A DNA stretch of 64,000 nt, taken from the NCBI GenBank assembly GCA_963675595.2, contig CAXXLZ010000002.1, positions 1,792,001-1,856,000 on the forward strand, written 5' to 3'. A program made the translations under genes and the position numbers. A model generated the notes under the pieces. That model searched no databases and was not told where the DNA came from. It saw only the letters and a program-made list of their open reading frames with translations. Each line of letters starts with the position of its first letter. Position 1 is the first letter of the stretch. Shown here piece after piece: positions 10,368 to 18,628 of this stretch. Source of the DNA: Thermodesulfobacteriota bacterium. Lineage in GTDB: Bacteria; Desulfobacterota; Desulfarculia; JACQYL01.

Positions 10368-11708
10368 TCAGATCTCGGCGGATTGGGGCGACTCGTGGGA
10401 AGCCCGCTCTTGAGCCAAGCTGCGACAGGTCTCACAGGCCCCCACCAGAGTTTCCGCATCGAGGTCGGTCCACCCCTCAATCAGCATGGCCGTTTTTCGA
10501 CTGATCTCCTCATCCGGAGTCCGGGCGAACAGGCAATCCATGTCCAGCTCGTCGGGATCGAGCAATCCCTTGGAAGTCAACTCATCCCAAAGCGCCGTAC
10601 CCGGAAGCGGAACCAGCAGGTTGGCCGCCACGCCGTCGAAACCGGCTGCCTCAATGAGCCGGAACCGGGATTCCAGTGTCTCATGGTTCTCCCCCGGAAA
10701 CCCGATAATGAAGAAGCCGTAGGCTCGAAGGCCCGCACCATGAATATTGGACACAGCGCTCAGCACGATTTCGTCGGAAATCCTCTTCCCGATGAATCTC
10801 CGGTGGGACGGATGCGTGCTTTCCACTCCAATGGAAACGTACTCGCACCCCGCCTCTTTCATGGCGGCAAGCAATTCCGCATCACTGTCCACGGCGCTGG
10901 TGAGACAGCTCCACCGCACCGGGGGTCGCACTCGCGCCAATCGGTCCGTCACCGCTTTCACGTGCTTGCCCACCGCGGTGAACGTATCGTCCGAAAACCA
11001 TACGAAGCGCTCCCCGAAACCGCTGCGAAGGGCCTCGATTTCCTCCGCAATCCGGTCGGGGCTCCTCAAGCGCACCCGACGGCCCGCCACGGCGGTGGAA
11101 GCGCAATAGGCGCACCGATAGGGGCAACCTCGACTGGTCACCAGACCATAGCGCCGGTATACCTCCATGGGCAGCAAATGGTAGGCGGGTATAGGGAGAG
11201 CGTCCAAATCACGCGCCGGAGGAGCCGGACCGGAACCAACGGCTCCTTTACCGTGCAAACAAGCTCCGTGTACGTTCTCCAGGCAACCGCCCGTGTCCAA
11301 AGTTTCCATCAGCACACAAGAAGCCCGTTCTCCTTCCCCCCGGATCACCAGGTCCACGGCTCCGTCCGCGTCTCTCAGCAGGCGTTCCCAGTAGGCCGAA
11401 GCGTGATTTCCGCCCACGAAGACCGGCACCGGCATAACCTGCTTCACCATCTTGGCCAGGTCCACCGTGGCGTGGTGTTTGGTGATGTAGTTGCAGGATA
11501 TGCCCACGGCCGTGGGGGAAAACGATTCCATGCGCGACACCGTTTCCCGGACAGACAGATTCAAGGCGTCCGCTTCGACCACCTGCACCTCGTGGCCCGC
11601 CTCCTCCAGCACCGCCGCCACCAGTCCCACGGCAAGGGGAGGATCGCTGGGCGGTCCGAACAATTCCCGCATCCGGTAATTGGGCACCACCAAAGATACT
11701 CGGCTCAT
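10368..11708 (-). CDS. B12-binding domain radical SAM protein
   Basis: N-terminal PPLAVG...GGNHAS B12-binding domain, SRGCPYRCAYC cluster motif, DDTF, GVES and FIIGFPGE. Confidence 0.9.
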   Translation of the reverse strand: MSRVSLVVPNYRMRELFGPPSDPPLAVGLVAAVLEEAGHEVQVVEADALNLSVRETVSRMESFSPTAVGISCNYITKHHATVDLAKMVKQVMPVPVFVGGNHASAYWERLLRDADGAVDLVIRGEGERASCVLMETLDTGGCLENVHGACLHGKGAVGSGPAPPARDLDALPIPAYHLLPMEVYRRYGLVTSRGCPYRCAYCASTAVAGRRVRLRSPDRIAEEIEALRSGFGERFVWFSDDTFTAVGKHVKAVTDRLARVRPPVRWSCLTSAVDSDAELLAAMKEAGCEYVSIGVESTHPSHRRFIGKRISDEIVLSAVSNIHGAGLRAYGFFIIGFPGENHETLESRFRLIEAAGFDGVAANLLVPLPGTALWDELTSKGLLDPDELDMDCLFARTPDEEISRKTAMLIEGWTDLDAETLVGACETCRSLAQERASHESPQSAEI

Positions 11709-11926
11709 GGCAGGTTCCCGCCGCTCAGGTCTGTTCGCATGAATTCACTTTTCCGGGGTTGGTTTGCCAACATCTCCTCCCGGCCCCTCACCCAAAATTT
11801 GATGGCGGCCCCACCGCCCTCGGACAAGGAACTAATCGTGGAGCCGATTTTCACGTGTTCGGAAATCCATAATTGCGAAAAACTCAGGGCCGACCGCCGC
11901 ATGGACACGCGAAGATGTGAACTGCC

Positions 11927-12811
11927 TCAACAAGCGCAGGCGGACGCCGAGGTCGATCCCAGGCTCTCCAGGACCCGGTCCAAGCCCCATTCCAGGGAAG
12001 TGAATCGCAGGTCGGGAAGGAAGGACCGGAGCAGGGATATGTCGCCCAAAAGGTTCCAGCTAGGGGCTGCTCCCACTTCGAAGACCGGTGATCGGCCCAT
12101 CTTGCCGCCGATCTTCTCGGCCAGTTCCCGAATAGATACCGCCTCCGGCCCGCCCAAATTGATCGCCCCGGCGATTTGTTTCTCGACAATACCCTTGATC
12201 GCCTCCGCCACGTCGTCCACAAAGATCGGATTGATTCGTGGACTTCCCTGCCGATTGTTCAGGCGAATCCTCTCCCCTTCCATGACACGTCGCGCCAAGT
12301 TGGGAATCAGCCTGTTTCGCCGCCCCGGTCCGTAAGGAAAGAACGGCCTGACCAGAGTCAGGCACACGCCCTCCAAAGACCTCGTCAACAACTCCTCCGC
12401 CTGGACCTTGCTCCTTGAATAAGCGTCCTCCGGAGCGAGAGGCGCGTCTTCCCCAATGGGATCAAGGCCTCGTGCGTACACGCCCCCGGTGGAAAAGAAC
12501 ACGAAATGAGACACCTCGGCTTTGCCGGCGAACTCCGCCAGCACTCGGCACGGGTGCACATTGCACGCATGGTAGTCTTCTTCCGAGAATCCCGGTTGAT
12601 GTCCCACCGCCGCACCCGCGTGAATCACCACATCCACCCGATCGGGAAGCGATTCCATGGGGAGGGCGTCCAAGAAATCCCAGACTGCGGAGACCCCGTT
12701 TCCCGGCCGCCTGCCTAACCCCACGACCTCGTGTTCCTCACCCAAGACCTCGGCCAAGCGCCCCCCCACAAGACCCGACACGCCGGTGATCAGGATGCGC
12801 CGACGGGTCAT
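11927..12811 (-). CDS. NAD-dependent epimerase/dehydratase (extended SDR)
   Basis: ITGVSGLVG, STGGVY, YSRSK (YxxxK) and PYGPG. ATG at 12811 overlaps the upstream stop (ATGA). Confidence 0.88.
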   Translation of the reverse strand: MTRRRILITGVSGLVGGRLAEVLGEEHEVVGLGRRPGNGVSAVWDFLDALPMESLPDRVDVVIHAGAAVGHQPGFSEEDYHACNVHPCRVLAEFAGKAEVSHFVFFSTGGVYARGLDPIGEDAPLAPEDAYSRSKVQAEELLTRSLEGVCLTLVRPFFPYGPGRRNRLIPNLARRVMEGERIRLNNRQGSPRINPIFVDDVAEAIKGIVEKQIAGAINLGGPEAVSIRELAEKIGGKMGRSPVFEVGAAPSWNLLGDISLLRSFLPDLRFTSLEWGLDRVLESLGSTSASACAC

Positions 12812-13608
12812 GAATTCACCACCCTGGAAAGACGTGCCGCTCGGTATTTCTTGTCCAATTTCTTCCGGTCCTTGAGATATCGGCTGTTGTATCGGATGAA
12901 TTCCGTCACCCCCTGGGTGTAGCGGTCCTGTGTATTCCGACAGCTCTTCAATACCCGCTCTTCCCAATCGCCATCGCCGTTGACCCACCATACGGGGTGG
13001 ATCACCACCTGCATGTTCCGTCCTTCCTCCAGGTGCCCGCACCAGCATCCCGCCCGCCAGTTGCACCCGCTGTCGGAAAGATATTTGATCTCGCTGAAGA
13101 AGCGGTCGCTGAACGCGTCGTAAGGCGCACAGGAAGCGATGCGCAGTTCCGTCTCTCGCTCGATGAGATCCATGGTGGGCACGTGCCGCGCAATGGAGAC
13201 TACGGGTTCCCCCACCAAAGCCCCGAGAAGGGCCAGGTCTCGCTGAAATCCGGCCACGACCGGCTCATGGGTTTCCAGATAATAGGACACGTCGTAATGA
13301 AAACCGATTTCGTGCCCCATGGAACGAATTCTCTGGAGGCACTGATGGCCGTGCAGGTCCATGACGTTGTAGAAGGGAGAGCGAAGCTGCACGAAATAGG
13401 TGGACCGGATGAACAGGTCGTATTCGGCTTCCGCCATGACCACGGCGTCATCCAACGACAGATCCACATCGTGCCGGAGGAAGATGATGGGATCTTCGGC
13501 CACCCTCGGTCGGTCCGCGTCCTTGAAACGAAGGAACAGGTATCGCTTTCTGGCCAGTTCCAAGGTTTCCCTGAAGTGATTCAGACTGAACTCGCAGCCC
13601 TCCGCCAT
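12808..13608 (-). CDS. Polysaccharide deacetylase-like protein
   Basis: LRHDVD, STYFV, GHEIGFH and IHPVWW motifs. Confidence 0.75.
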   Translation of the reverse strand: MAEGCEFSLNHFRETLELARKRYLFLRFKDADRPRVAEDPIIFLRHDVDLSLDDAVVMAEAEYDLFIRSTYFVQLRSPFYNVMDLHGHQCLQRIRSMGHEIGFHYDVSYYLETHEPVVAGFQRDLALLGALVGEPVVSIARHVPTMDLIERETELRIASCAPYDAFSDRFFSEIKYLSDSGCNWRAGCWCGHLEEGRNMQVVIHPVWWVNGDGDWEERVLKSCRNTQDRYTQGVTEFIRYNSRYLKDRKKLDKKYRAARLSRVVNS

Positions 13609-13656
13609 GGTCTTCTCCCTCTCCCTGCTTGATGCCCCTTGAAACCGAAAAAAGCC

Positions 13657-14541
13657 CTACACGTTCTTTCTCAGAACCTTCGCGGGATTCCCGCATACCA
13701 CCACACCTGCTTCCACAGGCTTTGTGACCACACTCCCCATACCCACCAGCACGCGATCCCGAATCTCGATCCGGTCGATAAGACAGGAGTTGGGACCGAT
13801 CCAGCAATCGGACCCGATCTTGACGCTTCCGCTGATTTCCGCCCCGGCAATGAGCACCGTATTCTCGCCGATATGGACGTTGTGCGCGATGAACACCTGG
13901 TCGTCCACTTTGACGTACGAGGAAAGTACCGTATCGTCCAGACTCCCGCGCGCAATGCTGACCAACGCGCCGATCTCCACATGGTCGCCGAGCACCACGC
14001 CCCCCGAGTGGGGAAACCGCAAGGGACGGCCCTGTTCATCGAACTCAAAACCGAACCCCGTTTCTCCGATGACCGTGTTGGACCCAATGCGACAATGGGC
14101 GCCGATTCGGGTTCCTTGCCGAATCACCACGTGAGCTCCGATGCGGGTTCCTTCTCCCAACGAAACTCCGGTTTCGATCACGCTGAAATGCCCGATGGTC
14201 ACTCCCGAGCCGATGGTTGCCCCTTCCTCGACCACCGCGGTGGGAGCGATCCAGGCATCGGGGGCCGGGTCGAAAAACCGGCGAAGTGCCTTGACAAAGT
14301 CCAGCCTGGGTTTGTCGGTTCGGATATGAGGAACGGAAAGCCCGGCGTATTCCCTCGGGACAAGGACCAGCACGCGGCTCAGCCCTCCGATGATTTTATC
14401 ATCGGAAAAATCCGGATCATTAATGAAAAGCACGTCGCCTGGTGAAGCGGAATTGAGGGAGCCGGGTCCCCGGATGTCCACGTCCTCGCCCACCAGCGAT
14501 TTCCCCAAGAAATCGGCGATATCCGAAGCGCGCACCGTCAT
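13657..14541 (-). CDS. LpxD-like hexapeptide-repeat acyltransferase
   Basis: LpxD-type N-terminal domain, hexapeptide repeats, GFGF, IARG, KVDDQVFIAHN and GNPAK. Confidence 0.82.
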   Translation of the reverse strand: MTVRASDIADFLGKSLVGEDVDIRGPGSLNSASPGDVLFINDPDFSDDKIIGGLSRVLVLVPREYAGLSVPHIRTDKPRLDFVKALRRFFDPAPDAWIAPTAVVEEGATIGSGVTIGHFSVIETGVSLGEGTRIGAHVVIRQGTRIGAHCRIGSNTVIGETGFGFEFDEQGRPLRFPHSGGVVLGDHVEIGALVSIARGSLDDTVLSSYVKVDDQVFIAHNVHIGENTVLIAGAEISGSVKIGSDCWIGPNSCLIDRIEIRDRVLVGMGSVVTKPVEAGVVVCGNPAKVLRKNV

Positions 14542-14572
14542 GATGGGTTTCTCCTCGGGATTCGGCCCCAAC

Positions 14573-15526
14573 TCAGACCTTGTTCCCGTAGTATTCCGCC
14601 GTTCGGCGGATGCCGTCCTCCAGGTCCACCTTGGCCTCAAAATTGAGCAGTTGTTTCGCTTTTTTCACCGAGGGAATCCGCAGTTCCACGTCCGCATAGT
14701 CCCGCTGGGTAAACACTACTTGGGAGGAGGAACCGAGTACCCGAATCACCGTGTTGGCCAAACCGAAAATCGTGGTTACCGCCTTCTGGTTGCCGATGTT
14801 GAAGCTCTCGCCCACCGCCTTGGGATGAACCATGGTCAGAAGCACCCCGTCCACCATGTCGTCCACATAGCACCACGCTCGAATCTGAGTACCGTCCCCG
14901 TGGACCTCGATGGTTTGGCCCTTGATCGCCCTGGAAATGAAGGTCTTGAGCGCTCCTTCTCCCACCTGCCCGGGACCATACACGTTGAACGGCCGAACGA
15001 TGCTGATGGGCAGCCAGCGCTCCTGGTAGTAGGCCGTGGCCAAATGCTCCGTGCTCAGTTTGCTCACCGCGTAAGTCCATCGAGCCTCGCCCACCTTGCC
15101 CACCACCGAGTTGTCCGTTTCCGTGGCGCAGAAGGAGTACTGCCCGAAAACCTCGCTGGTGGAAAAACACACCACACGGTCCACACGGTTCAGGCGGGAG
15201 GCCGCTTCCAAAACATTGGCCGATCCCACCATGTTCACCCGCATGGTCTGCACCGGTTTGAGGATCACCGTGTCGATGCCGGCAATGGCCGCGCAGTGCA
15301 CCACGATATCCGAGCCTTCCATGGCCTCACTCAGCCCTTCGAAATCCAAGACGTCTCCGTGGACCAGCGTCAGGTTGGGATGGTCGCGGTAGGGCTTGTC
15401 TTTGAGCGAGTTGCGCGAAAGATTATCGTAGGCCGTAATGCGGTTCTTTTCCACCAGCCGCTCGATAAGACTCGAACCGATAAATCCGGCTCCCCCGGTA
15501 ATAAAGACTTTCTTGTCCTGAATCAT
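14573..15526 (-). CDS. NAD-dependent epimerase/dehydratase (UDP-sugar epimerase/decarboxylase family)
   Basis: ITGGAGFIGS, STSEVFG, YAVSK, RPFNVYGPGQ and GDGTQIR. Confidence 0.92.
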   Translation of the reverse strand: MIQDKKVFITGGAGFIGSSLIERLVEKNRITAYDNLSRNSLKDKPYRDHPNLTLVHGDVLDFEGLSEAMEGSDIVVHCAAIAGIDTVILKPVQTMRVNMVGSANVLEAASRLNRVDRVVCFSTSEVFGQYSFCATETDNSVVGKVGEARWTYAVSKLSTEHLATAYYQERWLPISIVRPFNVYGPGQVGEGALKTFISRAIKGQTIEVHGDGTQIRAWCYVDDMVDGVLLTMVHPKAVGESFNIGNQKAVTTIFGLANTVIRVLGSSSQVVFTQRDYADVELRIPSVKKAKQLLNFEAKVDLEDGIRRTAEYYGNKV

Positions 15527-15538
15527 GGCGCTTTGCTT

Positions 15539-18500
15539 TCACTCCCCGAACATCAAGGTGTCGTAGATTTCCTTCAATTGGGCGGCGACCGATCGGATGT
15601 CGTGAACACGCTCCACATAGGCTCTGCCGCGACGCCCCAGTTGCTCCCTGAGTTCTCGATCCAACGTCAACGACTTCAACCGTTCGTATAAGTTCGACGG
15701 ATCCGCGTTGACGATGGGCATGGGCTCGTAGCCGTGTTCTTCATGCTCCTCCAGATACCGGGGTTCGAGATAGCACACCGCCGGTTTGCCCAGGCTCATG
15801 GCCTCGATGGACACGGCCCCGTGCCACCCGGTGAGCAGCTGGTCCACGAACACGTCGCAGGCGTTGATCCACTCCCGGACCTCCTCAAAAGAAACACCTT
15901 CGAGCAGTTTCAGGCGCACGGAGTGCCCTTCGGCCTTGAGCCTGTCCACCGCCTCCACCACGTGCCTGCTGCCTTTGAGATCCGAAGCCGAGGGCGCGTG
16001 GCAGATCAGCACGCTTCTTCCTTTTCGTGGGAGGTCCACTGAAACGGGAAACGGCTTCCAGTACTCCAGGTCATACCCTAAAGGCAGGTACCGGTAAGGC
16101 TGCCGCAGGAGACCGGAATTCTCCGGATAGCTCAGAATCACGTCCGCGTGCTCCTCCCAGAAACCGGCAATGGCCCGCTTGTCTGAAGAACGGCACGGCT
16201 CGATACGACAAATCTCGCAGGGATTGAAGGCTCTCCCGTCCGTGAGCACGGCGTCTCTGGCGCGAATATCACACCCCACGAACTGCATGACGATCTTCTT
16301 GCCCAGTCGTTTGAGGAGGGGAACATCCGCGTACCCGGGCATGAGGGAACGGCCGTAAATGAAATGGAAAACGTCGAAGCGGTCGGCCAGGTCCTTGACG
16401 AGGACTTCCAGATTCGCCCGGTACTCCCGACCTTCACCCGAAATGCGGATGAATTCGTCGGAACCATACCGGAACCGATGGTCCCAGAAGGACACGGAGC
16501 GGGCCGCGACGCCCATCTCCCTGAGGGCCCGCGCGTTACGACGATTATATCCCACGATTTCACTGGGACCGAAAAAGACCCGATAACCCGCTCCCGGTTC
16601 GCATTCCGGCACCTCTTCGTCCCTTTGAACGACGTAGGGCACGGGCTTTTCCGAAACATGGCTCCGGAGGGACGGTGAGCCCTCCGGCGGAATCTCCGGT
16701 GAGCCGATTTCATCACCGCGGATACTCACCGCCGAGTCATCGACCGCTTCGACGGGATTCTTCCACCCGTCGGATACACGGGGAGCCGTCTCGCGCATTG
16801 TCCCCTTGGGCCGCAGGTACTCGCCTTCCCGCAGCAGACCGGTCCAGGTCTCGTAGGAAAACAGCCGCCACAAAGGCCAGCTCAAATCCTCCTTGCCCTC
16901 CGAATGCCGAACCAACATCTCCCGGATTCTTTGGGCCGGCATGATCTGGGTCACATTGGAATTGGGAGCCAGCAGCAGGGCCTCCAACTCGTTTCGGAAC
17001 CGGTCGGCCGCCCATTCCTTGAACGGGGTGGGAAAGCCCTTTTTGTCCTTCCGCCAGGCAATGGCTTCCGGAAGGAAATGCGCCGCCGCCTTTCGGAAGA
17101 CATACTTGGACCAACCATGGTGAACCTTGAACGCCGACGGCAACGAAAAAGCGAATTCCACGAGTCTGTGATCCAGAAAGGGGACGCGTGATTCAATGGA
17201 ATAGGCCATGCTGTTTCGGTCTTCGTTCCTCAGAAGGGCAGGCAGTCTCGAAAACGCGAGTTCCCGATACAGGAAATCGTTCAAACGGTCCTGAAATTTC
17301 CCAACGTCGCCGTTCTTCATTCCCTCGGCCGAAGCAATGCCTTGGGTCAGCTTATCCAAAGCGTGCACGCAACCGAAATGCTCGGTCATCCCCGAAACTT
17401 CGTGTTTGAGCGCCGTCAGACGACGCTCCCGGAACAGGCTCCCAAGGAAAAAGGGCAGGTAGAAGTCGTAACCCGCGAAAAGTTCGTCCCCGCCTTGACC
17501 GTCCAGCAACACTTTGACCTCCGAAGAGGCGAGCTTCATGATGAACCACTGGGGGATGATTCCGTAGGCCAGGGTGGGCTCGTCGAAGTACCAGAGCATG
17601 TCCCGCACGAGGTCCGACAGGTCGCCGGGTTCGACCTTGAGCCGGAACGGGCGTGTGGGAAACCGTTCGGCCGCCAGGTCCGCGTACGGCCGCTCATCGT
17701 AGTCCGGACCTTCATCGAAATAAGTGGTGAAGGTGTACACGGGCTCCACATGTTTCGAGGCCATGGCCACCACGGAACTCGAGTCCAATCCGCCGCTCAG
17801 GCACACGCCCAGGGGAACGTCGCTCCTCAGATGCAGACGGACCGATTCTTCGACCAGGGCCTCCAATTTCTCGGCCGTGTCCGAAACATGGGACGGCTCG
17901 TCGATGCAAAGACCGTCTCCGGCTTCAAACACGTCCCAATAGCGTTTTTTGAGGGACCCATCCGCGTCGCAAAGAAAATTGTGAGCCGGCGGGAACCGAC
18001 GGATGCCCTGAATCAGACAATCCTCGATCCCGTCCACAATGCCCGTTTGGAAGTAAGTCTGCACCGACTTGGAATTGAGCCCCAGCGGGAGTTTTTCGCG
18101 AGACAGATAGTAGAGCAGGGCCTTGATCTCCGACGCGAAAACGATGAATTCTTCTTTCAGATAATAATACAGGGGCTTGATGCCGAAGCGGTCCCTGCAC
18201 AGCCACAACCTTTGTTCGCGATCGTCCGCCAGCGCAAAGGCCCACATGCCCACGAAACGCTCGGCCGCTTCCGGCCCCCACTCTTCATAGGCATGGAGAA
18301 TCACCTCCGTGTCCGAATCGGATCGGAACCGATGCCCCCGAGCCGCCAGTTCCTTTCGCAGCTCGACGTAGTTGTAGATTTCCCCGTTGTAGGTCAACCA
18401 TAGGGAACCGTCCTCGTTGCACATGGGCTGGTGGCCGCGGGAAGACAGATCGATTATGCTCAGGCGGACGTGTCCCAAGGTCCAGTGGTCGCCCTGCCGG

Positions 18501-18619
18501 ATGCCCGAATCGTCCGGCCCCCGATGGGCCAACAGGTCCAGCATTCCCCGGACCATCCGGTCCCTGCCCTGAGGTTGTCCTTGATTCTTCAGATAATATA
18601 CCCCTGCGATGCCACACAT
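15539..18619 (-). CDS. asnB: Asparagine synthase (glutamine-hydrolysing)-like amidotransferase fused to a C-terminal GT4 glycosyltransferase
   Basis: MCGIAG, HRGPD, NGEIYN, SGGLDSS, DGQGGDE and RVPFLD, then a GT4 region (HAPS...KG, DQL, EAMSLGKP), all in one frame. Confidence 0.9.
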   Translation of the reverse strand: MCGIAGVYYLKNQGQPQGRDRMVRGMLDLLAHRGPDDSGIRQGDHWTLGHVRLSIIDLSSRGHQPMCNEDGSLWLTYNGEIYNYVELRKELAARGHRFRSDSDTEVILHAYEEWGPEAAERFVGMWAFALADDREQRLWLCRDRFGIKPLYYYLKEEFIVFASEIKALLYYLSREKLPLGLNSKSVQTYFQTGIVDGIEDCLIQGIRRFPPAHNFLCDADGSLKKRYWDVFEAGDGLCIDEPSHVSDTAEKLEALVEESVRLHLRSDVPLGVCLSGGLDSSSVVAMASKHVEPVYTFTTYFDEGPDYDERPYADLAAERFPTRPFRLKVEPGDLSDLVRDMLWYFDEPTLAYGIIPQWFIMKLASSEVKVLLDGQGGDELFAGYDFYLPFFLGSLFRERRLTALKHEVSGMTEHFGCVHALDKLTQGIASAEGMKNGDVGKFQDRLNDFLYRELAFSRLPALLRNEDRNSMAYSIESRVPFLDHRLVEFAFSLPSAFKVHHGWSKYVFRKAAAHFLPEAIAWRKDKKGFPTPFKEWAADRFRNELEALLLAPNSNVTQIMPAQRIREMLVRHSEGKEDLSWPLWRLFSYETWTGLLREGEYLRPKGTMRETAPRVSDGWKNPVEAVDDSAVSIRGDEIGSPEIPPEGSPSLRSHVSEKPVPYVVQRDEEVPECEPGAGYRVFFGPSEIVGYNRRNARALREMGVAARSVSFWDHRFRYGSDEFIRISGEGREYRANLEVLVKDLADRFDVFHFIYGRSLMPGYADVPLLKRLGKKIVMQFVGCDIRARDAVLTDGRAFNPCEICRIEPCRSSDKRAIAGFWEEHADVILSYPENSGLLRQPYRYLPLGYDLEYWKPFPVSVDLPRKGRSVLICHAPSASDLKGSRHVVEAVDRLKAEGHSVRLKLLEGVSFEEVREWINACDVFVDQLLTGWHGAVSIEAMSLGKPAVCYLEPRYLEEHEEHGYEPMPIVNADPSNLYERLKSLTLDRELREQLGRRGRAYVERVHDIRSVAAQLKEIYDTLMFGE

Positions 18620-18628
18620 AGTCGCGCC

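Noticed and set aside
11705-11929. Epimerase ends ...SACAC-TGA and the same frame stays open to 11705, suggesting selenocysteine or readthrough
   Set aside because: No convincing SECIS hairpin follows the UGA, the extension has no recognisable motif, and the SDR domain is already complete.
5513-12335. Long plus-strand ORFs (541, 541, 492 and 650 aa)
   Set aside because: They are antisense shadows of well-supported minus-strand genes.
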